NCBI GenBank assembly: GCA_021613535.1
Contig: CP075497.1
Location: 4,526,001 to 4,590,000, forward strand
Source of the DNA: Adineta vaga
Taxonomy: Eukaryota; Animalia; Rotifera
Direction: 5' to 3'
Length of the DNA: 64,000 nt
In this document: positions 50,597 through 64,000 of the stretch, in pieces
Position numbering within the stretch: position 1 is the stretch's first letter
Layout of the letters: each line of letters starts with the position of its first letter
Notes under the pieces: model-generated
The model's database searches: none
Seen by the model: only the letters and a program-made list of their open reading frames with translations
Told to the model about the DNA's origin: nothing
Position numbers and translations under genes: made by a program

Positions 50597-52709
50597 TCAA
50601 TCTAGTATAACAATTTCAGAATGTTCTTTGAATTTCTTTGAAGGTGATCGTTTTTGAACAATAGATGAACTATTCTTTGTTGTTTCTCTTTTGTAATAAT
50701 CATATAATGTTCTTTTAGTAGATGTAATCTGTTGTTGTTGTTGTTTTGATCGTCGTCGAGGAATAAGTGTTTGGACCTGACGTTCTTCTATGATTGTAAT
50801 TGATTGCGATTCTTGAGTATCATGCGAATCAAGAATAGTATAAACATCTGGTTCAGTTACAGAAGTTTGTGAAAGAGACCTATCTCTTTTCGGTGGAAGA
50901 GATGCTGTTGATAGAATTGTTACTCTACTACTGTTCAGTGAATCTTCATTTGTTTCTGTTTCATTGATTAATTGTTGTACAGGAGATGCAGATCGAGATA
51001 CTAAAGTTATTGAAATAAAAAAAAACACTTTTTCAGATAGGAAATGTTGGAAAATTTACATGGAGGTGGAAGAATATCGACAATATCATATTCATATTCA
51101 TCACATTTCTCATGGAATGGTTCGACAACAAGTTCTATTTCCGCTTCGATTTCTTCTCGATCATCTTCACTGTTGGATTTTTCCGATGTTTCGATATTCT
51201 CTTCTGATTCCAATTCTGGATCAATTTGAGAAAATTCTTGTAAAATCTACATTGAAAGAAAACGAGAAATTTATTTCATAATTTCATATTCAATTACTTT
51301 TTCTGTTTTAATCACAGCTTCACGTTTATTTTCATTCAATGTATTTTCAAGCTCAATACTATTCGATGCTGGATCATATTGTTCAATACTAATAAAATCA
51401 AACTATTGTAAACTAATAAGAAATATTCTTATGAATTTTACTCGAAATCTTCAGGAAGACGACTGCTCATAATATCATTAAAATCTGCCATTCGTCGATT
51501 TTTAACTTTTGTACCAATCAATTTAAATATTTTTTCCGCAAGAGTTTTTCGGTTATCCGCCCTAGAGATCCATATGCATTGATTAATAACCAAGAAGTAA
51601 AACAATGTCTTACTCGAGATTTAGTTTACATTTATCATTTGTTTTTTCTACAGTTTGAAGAACATCATAGAATGAAGGTAAATATTTTGTTTGATTTATC
51701 ATTTCTTCAACAGCTTGATGTATTGATGGATAAAAAATATCATTTTCTACAAAATAACGATAATATCGAGAAATAAACTTTCGAAGAATTGAAACTTACC
51801 GGAAAGAGTTATAGGTTGATCAAGAATTCTATTTGCTGATGCTGATTCATTATTCAATTTTGTAAGTTTAGCATACATCTATATCAAATATTTCTGATGA
51901 TATTTTTCAAAAAAATCAATAGCTAGAAGTTACTTCACAAGCTTGTTTTTTTAGACTTGATTCGACTTCGTACAGATCACAATGTTCCATTTCATCTAAT
52001 GACATGTCTTTTTCTTCTAATTCTCGAATTAATTTTGATAAACTAGTGAGTCGTCGTTGTAATTTATTGATTTTCTTCTCTCGTTTTAATTCACATGGAT
52101 TCGGTGTTATTTGTGTTTCGACATTTCTGAGAGGTTGACGAGCTTCATCAAATATTGTACAAATATCATTACAAGAATTTAGAAGTTGTTCAACTGTTTG
52201 TTCTTCAGTAGTCGATGACGTTAAATGTACAGCAGTGTTAGTAGAACATTTCGATGATATAATTACAGTCTTTCTACTTGTTGATAATGTTGTTTCAACT
52301 AAATCGGTATCTTGAATAGAACTAGAAGTTAAAAAGAATGAATAGTAAATCAATCGTTTATCGTTCCATCGTACCCTTTTAATTTGATGCTATGCTTTTT
52401 TAATTGTTGATCGAATGAAGATAGTAATGTGAAATATTTTGTCGATTTATCATTTTTATTGAACAAATCATGAAGATAATCGAATGATGATTGAAAATCT
52501 GTTGAACATAAATAAGATGATGATGCTGCATTAAAGTGACGACGAAGTTTATTTTCAAGAATATTGATATCTTTTTCATGTGCAAGAACATGATTAACCG
52601 ATAAAAGAAACTAAATAAGAAGAAGAAAAAAAATCATTATCTTACAAAGAAATCTTTAACACACTTGTTCAAATTGAATTTTAATATTATTAAATATTAC
52701 TTCCGTCAT
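50597..52709 (-). CDS. DAXX: DAXX-like histone H3.3 chaperone
   Basis: Histone-binding-domain-like IRELEEKDMSLDEM...YEVES.LK; F.LIG.KVKNRR..D; acidic tract; terminal SIM EIVILD*. Confidence 0.8.
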
Positions 52710-53781
52710 CTAGAACGAAAATCACGAAAAACTCAATTATTTATCATGATAATCATTCCAGAAAGTGTGATTAATTGTATACTGTATTAAACTGATATTT
52801 CTATATCTATAAAAGATATCAAACTTTACAAAGTTCAGTATATTCTCACATATAATTCCAATGAATGCGTTATTTGTGATCCAACATAACTTATATCGTT
52901 TACTGAATTGTATATTAGATTTCGTTGAGAACTGTATAGTTGATCTTTATTTTGATAAAAGTAAAACAGATATTTCTACATAGATGAAATAGTCTTTATT
53001 CTTACATTTATGATTATCTTGTAAGTTCATAGAGTATATTGAACGATAAAACCGAAATTTTATTCACGATCAAGGTAGATAACTAGTAATCGATATTGAA
53101 TATCATCATATTTATATTTGAATTAATATTTTCACTGTATTATACATAAGAACAGAATTATATCCCATAAGTTTTCTTTGAAAAGTGAGCGTTAACTAGA
53201 TGTTATTTCTGATATGATTCTATAATTGAGTCTTTCTCGTTATTATCACGATTATTTAATATATGAAAAGAAAGAATTTTATAATTAACAGCTCAGAAAG
53301 TATTTCGTTTTCAGGCCGCAATCGCCTCTATGATGGACGCAGGCATGTGTCCAGAGCTCGACTGGATCAAACGCAAATTAACTCATCACCGCTGTTGTTT
53401 TATAGTACAAAAAAAAAAGAAATACGATTCAACTTTAATAAATAAATGAATGAATGACCAAATACAATAAACATTCAACTATCCATTCATTGAATCGTTA
53501 TCAGACTATTTCGACTTTTCAATGTCCTCTATCTTTCTATATATTTGTTTTCACGAAATAAATTATTTTTGAATAATTACTAAATTATTTTAAATATTTC
53601 ATTATTGAAAATTGTCTATTTATATTTTCTAACGACATCTTTTCAACTGATATTAGAATATCAACCAATAAATCGAAATAAGTATTTATTTGCTGACTCA
53701 TCGTTATCGTTTCTTAAATCGAATTTACATTACATACATACATCTTTTACTTACAATTATATCGTTTGAAACGAATCAATC

Positions 53782-55944
53782 ATGGTTGAATTACACGATG
53801 TAGAAATGAAAGAAGCTGATCCATCAAATGGATCAAATTCAACAACAGTAACAAAAGATGACAAAAAAGATGCGAATACATTGACACTTGATGGTTTAAT
53901 TTAATTACTTCCTATGATTTTTTCTTCATCTTAAACATTTCTTTCATTATCAATAGATATTAAAGAACAAGTTCGTACAATAGAAAAAGCTGTGAATTCC
54001 AAAGAACCTCGTTACATTCTTCGTGTTTTACGTGGATTAGCATCAACACGAAAACGTTTAAATGAAGATATCATTCGACGTTTGATTTTATTTTATTATG
54101 GTTCGAATTCAAGTGAACGAGAAATTCTTCTTGGTTTCGCACAATCGGTTGCTCAAGTACATTCTTCTTTTTACAATACAAATTCATTCTTTCTTTTATG
54201 CCTCATTTAGTCGATGGATGTTGATATGGAAAAAGGTAATAGTTCACCAGCACCAGTAGTTAGTGAAAAACAATTGGTCTCACGTCCTCATACATCTCGA
54301 ACACGTGCTGCTTCATTGCCAGAAGTTGATCTTTATATACATTTAATCGTTCTTCTTTATCTCATTGATCGAAATTCATTAAAATCGGTAATTGAAATAC
54401 CAAAAAGAAGATAGATCTCGTCGTTTATTTACATAGATTTTGTTATTTTTATTAGGCTTTAGATTGTGCTAAACGTTTAGTAGATAAAACAAGTGTTCTC
54501 AATCGTCGAACGCTTGATTTATTATCAGCAAAATGTTATTTTTATTATGCTCGTATCTTTGAATTAAACGGTATGCTTGATTCTATTCGACCGTAAGTTT
54601 TCTACGTATTCCGAACTATATCATTCCTAAAAAAAATGTATTGTTCTGTTTTTTCAATTCAGATTTTTACATAGTCGGTTACGTACAGCAACATTACGAA
54701 ACGATTTCGAAGGAACAGCTGTATTAATTAATTTGTTATTAAGAAATTATCTTCATTATAATCTATATAGTCAAGCACAAAAACTTGTTCTTAAATCAGT
54801 CTTTCCGGATCATGCATCGAATAATGAATGGGCTAGATATCTTTATTATCTTGGTAACAATCTTTTAAGAAAATTAATAGATTGCAAAGAATATTTACGA
54901 ACCATTTAGGTCGTATACGTGCTATACAATTGGAATATACGAAAGCTCATCAACATTTGCTAACAGCTATTCGAAAAGCTCCACAACAAACAGCAATTGG
55001 ATTTCGACAGAATGTATATAAGATGTTTGAAATGATAAATCATCTCTAGAATTATTATTTTAGGCTCATAAATTTCTTATTACCGTGGAATTATTACTTG
55101 GTGACATTCCTGATAAAGCAACATTTAATAATCCTCAACTTAAACGTTCATTAGATCCATATTATCAATTAACATTGGGTACGTGAGAACAATTTGTTTG
55201 TAGTTGTCTCGAAATAATTAATTGTGTTATTTTTAGCTGTTCGTGCTGGTGATTTAGGTCGATTTAAAGAAGTTCTTGAAACTTTTTCTGATCGATTTCA
55301 ACAAGAAAAAACTTGGTCATTAATTATTCGGTTAGTAAACCGAGAAGATTTCAAAGTTATGGATTTGTTTTTTTTTATCTATAAAATATAATTAGATTAC
55401 GACATAACGTCATCAAAACAGGTATCAAAATGATTAGTTTATCCTATGCGAAAATATCATTTTCTGATGTGGCTCAAAAATTACAACTTGATTCACCTGA
55501 AGATGCAGAATACATCGTCGCAAAAGTAAGTTTAAATGTATGAATCCGAATGTGAACACAAATCAATGATGTTCTATTCTTATTCTTAGGCTATTCGTGA
55601 CGGAGTAATAGAAGCTAATATTAATCATGAACAAGGTTATGTACAATCACGTGAAATCATTGATGTTTATACAACACGTGAACCAATGAGTGCATTCCAT
55701 CAACGTATTGAATTCTGTCTTAAAGTTCATAATGAAGCAGTTAAAGCAATGCGTTATCCACCAAAGAAATATAATGAAGATTTAGAAACTGCTCAGGTAA
55801 GATTATATGAAATGATTGATCTATTTGACTCTTTCATTTGATGATCGTACTTTTGCTTTTTGCTTCTCTTAGGAACGACGAGAACGTGAACAAGAAGAAT
55901 TGGAATATGCAAAAGAGATGGCCGATGATGAAGATGATTTTTAG
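53782..55944 (+). CDS. PSMD3: 26S proteasome lid subunit Rpn3
   Basis: [63 protein letters not shown]. Confidence 0.96.
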
Positions 55945-56084
55945 GAAAAAAAATAAGCAGAAGAACAAAATTAAACATAGACTTCATCATGTCTTTTCAT
56001 TTGTTACTTTTTTTTTTCTTTTAACTTAAATAAAATCGAGATACTCGAAAAATAGATAAATTTAAATTCCAATCCTTTTTCTAG

Positions 56085-59034
<2,950 letters not shown>

Positions 59035-59503
59035 TTCAATGATAAATATTCACATTGTTTAGTATTTGATGTACAGGGAGAAAATCTATTTTATTTATAC
59101 ATGAATGTTCCACTATATTTTATAATCATATGACTATTAGTGACGAGAGTGCTACGAAGTGATAATCCATTACTTAGTTGTTTTCTTTTTCTTCTTTCAT
59201 TATTTATTTTTCGTGAATTTTATTAATGATTTTGTTTTGTTGCAATAAAAAAAAGGAAGAAAACTTTATTGACATGTTACTCACAAAAAAGAAACGAATA
59301 AATAATTATATTCAGAAATTCCACTTCAATTTTCTCGAAATCGGGCCTGGATTATAATGTTTTTCATCTTGTTTCAAAGAAAGAATGAATAAGACCATTC
59401 TATGTCATTAAGTATACGAATGTATATATGTTTATAATACTTAAATATATGTTCTTATTCGTTTCTTTCGTCATTTCGATTAGTACATTTTTTGTCGAAA
59501 AGA

Positions 59504-60009
59504 ATGCATCGACTATTTTCAATAAGTGAGCAATAATTTTCAAAAATTTGTATATAGAGTTTTGTTCTATAGGTTTTATATTAATTGTGTTATGTGCATC
59601 AACAATGGCATTATCGATCGACAGACCAATGGATACATTCTCTAAAAGAGGTTTAACTGATTGGTTCCATGAATTTCTATCAGAAAATTCGAATAAAGAA
59701 AAAAATTCGGATTCATCTAGTAAATTGTCTATATTAAAGAAATTCCTGTCTTCATCAGGTGATAGTAATGGTAATCTTGATAAACTTTTTCAAATTTTAA
59801 ATCATGTTGCTGAAGATAAGAAGAATGAATCAACTTCATCATCGACTAAATTAGATCGTTTACTTGGATTTTTTAAGAAATCTGACTTATCTTCATCAAA
59901 TAATCTTCAATTAGCAATGAAATTAATGAATCTTGTACAAGGCAAAACTGGTTTCAGTTCATTCTCTGCTAGTGATCTCCAATCACTTTTCAAATTTGCA
60001 AGTGGTTAG
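59504..60009 (+). CDS. Small secreted precursor with a KR site and repeated amphipathic helices
   Basis: Exon 1 MHRLFSI, intron 59526-59572, then SFILIVLCASTMA (signal peptide); ...FSKR|GLTDWFHEFLS...; ends in G*. Confidence 0.75.
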
Positions 60010-60352
60010 ATCGACCAGTGAATAATCCATTCATTAACATCAACACTTTCCGTCCCTTCTCTTCTCTTCTCCTCTCATTTTTTTTTTGTTCTTTACTTAA
60101 TAATGAATAAATAGATGTGCAAATTATCCTTGTATTGTCTTTCTATAGTGACATATGTTTCTATTGCCTTGTCTTGTTTCAATTCAATCATCATTCATTC
60201 CCTCACTCATAGTCGTTTTTTCCTCTCTCGCTTTAATTGTTTCTATTCGATGTACCTCCTGCTGATTGGATTGAACATAAAGAGAGTAGATAGAGAAGTG
60301 TACGTGACGCCCATGTCTGATGATGGAAGTTATTTTGATTTCCTTTTTATTT

Positions 60353-61545
60353 TTATTTTGAAGAAGAATTATTGCTGTAACATTCATCATCACTGACAAC
60401 ATCAATATCATTCTCCTCACAACATTCATCTTCATCGACACCTTCGGATAACGGACTACCCGATGTATTTTGTAATTGTCGACGAACTTGTTTCTTATGT
60501 TTCATACGACGATTTTGAAACCTAATCGATATAAAAATGAATTGTATAATGAAAATTTCTAAAAGACAAACTCACCATGTTTTGACCTGCGAATTAATCA
60601 ATCAATAGAGAAAAAGAAAAGATGAATGTTGAGATCAAATATTCCAAATATTGTTTTACCTGTGCTTCGGATAAATTAAGTGCATTAGCCAATTCTACAC
60701 GTTCTGGTGTACTTAAATATTTTTGTCCATCGAATCGTTTTTCTAGACCATTCAATTGATGATCGCTGAATACGGTGCGAGCTTTACGTCGGCGGCAATG
60801 TTTGAGCGAATGTTCACTGTTAAGATAGGCGTGAAAACTCAAACCTAAAATGACAGACATTACAGATGGTCATTCAACGTAATATCTTTTTCGATAGACA
60901 CGCCCTGTCTGACCTTGAGAAAGATATCTCCGTCTGCTTTTTCTCTCAACAGGTGTGTGACTTTTTCTTTTGATTAAATAATTACTTTATGAATAGATCA
61001 CTAGGCAGATAATGTTCATTGAAAAAATGAAGAATGAAATGAGAATGACGATCTTCTTTTTTCTTCTTCTTCTTTTGTAAAGTAAAGAAAGATGTTGAGC
61101 CGATTAGGAAAATAGTCTCATTAGAATAACTATTCGTCATACTCATTAGTCACCTCATCATCATTCGACGACGACATTATTGTCGTCTTAGTGGACATGC
61201 AAGAACAAAACGAAAAAAGAAAAGAAAAGAAAAGAAGATGACGACCACCCGTCGTTCTTTTTTTTTTCTGGAACAGAAATGTCAACTTTATTTTTTCGAT
61301 TTGTACATACCATGAAAAAAAAAAGGATGTAGTTCAGGTTTAATAGCAGCATATTGATTAAATTGATTAGGTGGTTGAAAAAAGTTTAGTGATAATGGTG
61401 CAACATCACTTGTTAATGTTGAAATCGATTCTTTTGGTGGATTTGGAGGATTTGATGATGTTGAAATAGGTAAAGAGGATGTTGGTCGTTTAAAAGCAGA
61501 GAGTAAATCATCAATCAAAAAGCTTGTCTTGATAGTTGCAGTCAT
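60353..61545 (-). CDS. Bsx: Brain-specific homeobox, 4 exons including an 11-nt microexon
   Basis: eh1 motif TSFLIDDLL; homeodomain [41 protein letters not shown]|VKTW|[11 protein letters not shown]. Confidence 0.93.
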
Positions 61546-62709
61546 AGTTTATGTTTGAATTTCAATCAAGTGATAATAGATGCTCATCAACATTTTTTTT
61601 TCTTTCTTGTGTATGTCTCAATGGTAATACTAATAATAAGAATTTCCATAACAAATTGCAAGCAATCAAAACGAGAAAGAGAAGGAGAAGAAATTTCATT
61701 GGTAAGTTGAAATTCAAATGAGAAAACATGATCCTCATTGGATGATAAAAGTACTCACTCTCTCTCTCGCTCTCTGTTTCTCTTTCTCTCATTCTCGCTC
61801 TTTTCCCTAGTTAATTTTATACTAATATGCTTTGAAGAGAAGAAAAGGGAAAAGAGTTTCATTCGATTCGACGTCTTAGTTAGCATATTGGAGGATTTAC
61901 TATATAAGTTGATGTATTTTGGTCCTCTCTTTTCTAATTAGTACGGATGATGTTTGAATAGCATGCAATGCTTTTACAAGTAGAAATAATTAAATCAGAT
62001 CAATCCTGAGTATTATTTTTTTAGACATAAGAATAGAAGAAAAGAAAAGGTAATAACAAATGATGAAGAGATCCGGAAATGAACACAGATTGGCCAATTT
62101 AAATATGTCACTAAAAGATATGTATAACGTTTATAGAATCTTGATGAAAACATTTTGTAATTCATTGTCTTCACTAATGAAACTATCAATAATCATGATG
62201 AACTGTTTTCAGAATTCATCCGAACATCTTTTCGAACTTTTCAATCAGATATATTTCTATTCTAATATGTAATCCATACTTATTAAATTAGTATTTTCAA
62301 GACAGTACTCATTTTTCTCAAAATAATCTATTTATTGTTCTCGTCACACAATTTCGCTAGTCCTATTTAACGATATCTAATTAGAAAATTTTGACTAAAA
62401 GATATTTTCTTACTTTCTTTCTTTCCATTAGTCTGTTCTAACATGCAATACTTTACTAAGTAAATATAATTGAATTAATGTCGGAAAAAAAGTAAGATAA
62501 ACTATTTGATAAAAAGGTAACGAATTGGAAATGAATAAAGACAATATGAAATTTTCTTTTTCTATTAAATCAGACATGTCATTCACATACACAAATACAC
62601 ATAGACATACATAAAGCTTGTAAGAAGAATGAATATACTATCAAGAAAAGATAAACTAATGTTTGAGAATAATCAGTAGAGAAACAAATTTACAAAGAGA
62701 ATATTTAGT

Positions 62710-64000
62710 TTATGATGAACGTTGTTGTAAAGCATTTGCTTCGAGACTTGCTAATTCTTCTTGTGTCATTTCGTGTTGTTTATTAAGTTCAGCAATTTGT
62801 TGAACAAGAAGAAGACGTTCTTGTAAGATTTTTTCTAAGATTGTTTCATTCTACATAATGAAAAAAGAACTAATGAATATTTACATCAAAAGAAAAGACA
62901 AACATACATTTGAAGCTGTTGTTGTTAGACTATTTGATGCACCTGTTAAACCATTATTAGTTGCATTTCGTAACATACTCGTTGTTGAATTACTTTTCGG
63001 AAGACCTGATTCAAATAAATCATAGGATGATGGTAAATCAATTGGACTTATCATTGATGAACGTGATTCTTGTTCAAGGATTCGTCGTTGAGGAATTTGT
63101 CGAGAAAAATCATGGGTATGATTATCATTTGTTGAAATAGCTGAACCTGGTCGAGAATATTTGTTTGATATCTCATTTGATTCACTATATGTCGAATAAC
63201 GATATTGATTCATATCTGTTGGTGTCGCTATAACAAAAGAAAAGGCATTGAAATATAAATATATTAAATAAAAGAAACGTAACAAACCTGTATTCATCCG
63301 TTGAGTATAGCTGAGTAATTCATCGGTCGAAATGATTTTTGTTCGTTGTGGTTGAGAATTGTTATTATTTGTATTTGAGAAATGTTGTCTTGGTTCAGCT
63401 ATTTGATGTTCGATTCGATCTCGTTGTGTACGAGCTGAATTCATCGGTGTTGGTTGAGAAATCGAATTATTTGTTGTTTTCTTTGTAGAAATTATTTCAT
63501 TATTAACAAGTTGACAAACAGTTTGCATCATTGTTTGTAACATTGATATTTGATTTTCGATTTTTTGTTGAAAATCTAATTGAGCTTTGATAACAACTGA
63601 AAGTTGATCTTTAAGAATATTTGTATCTTGATTTGCTTGTTGACCTTTCGTACTAAGTGCACACTTAAATGAATGGAAAAAAAATAAAATCATATAAATA
63701 AAAGAAGAATTTTTTTGTTTTTACCTGTTTAACATGACCTGTTAATGAAATGAGAGCAGTGAGAAGAGCTGTACTACAAGTATTTGCTTGATTATGTAAT
63801 GATGAATTCGTTTTCTCGGATTTGAATCCTGTTATAGTTTCTAAATCATTTAATTCATAAGATAAACGATCAAGTAACTAAATAAATCAAAGGGTATGTT
63901 TTTTAGTGTCTAACAGAGAACAAAATTGACATACCGTTTTCAATTGATTTGTCGATGAAGTATTGTTAGTCAAGTCTGTTGGAGTAGTAGTTTTACCAAT
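62710..64000 (-). CDS. Coiled-coil protein, 3' part only; possibly SPICE1-like
   Basis: Spliced exons LSYELNDLETITG...TALLTALISLTGHVK and C-terminal QQIAELNKQHE...SS*. The SPICE1 resemblance is from memory; the 5' end is outside the window. Confidence 0.6.

Noticed and set aside
52770-53200. Exon-like minus-strand fragments upstream of DAXX
   Set aside because: Interrupted by stops and without a recognisable motif; cannot support a gene or pseudogene call.
53327-53355. SECIS-like AUGA...GA hairpin
   Set aside because: The helix is only 7 bp, there are no apical AA residues, and it is not in a 3' UTR.

Overview
AT-rich eukaryotic DNA with many ~50-60 nt introns, almost certainly a bdelloid rotifer: the known bdelloid spliced-leader exon GCTTATTACAACTTACCAAGAG|GT occurs at 5645-5666. 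The main discovery is at 2.2-5.75 kb, where three copies of a small-RNA cassette each read [SL-A <-][-> SL-B][-> U2 snRNA + extra 3' cUUCGg hairpin]. Two units are in tandem and the third is inverted. That gives six spliced-leader RNA genes in two classes (22-nt type A and 24-nt type B leaders) and three U2 genes. Eight of the nine share a PSE-like box (RTGTRNAGAC) 37-39 nt upstream of the start, and all nine start after AGTT. The SL RNAs keep a covarying 3' stem but have no recognisable Sm site. The rest is a gene-dense metazoan block: a degraded bdelloid-family gene, GABA-type SLC6 transporter, kinesin light chain, Kelch protein, MAPK15, divergent KCNQ, EF-hand protein, SPR/MIP-type GPCR, laminin gamma, LRR-Roc-COR protein, Ly6-like protein, SETDB1, orphan GPCR, bacterial-type amidohydrolase (HGT candidate), DAXX, PSMD3, PI4KB, a secreted amphipathic-repeat precursor, Bsx and a partial SPICE1-like gene. 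Three same-strand pairs lie only 137-232 bp apart with splice acceptors before the downstream ATG, suggesting operons resolved by trans-splicing. One of them places the bacterial-type gene directly behind DAXX. Gene models were read by eye and boundaries are approximate.
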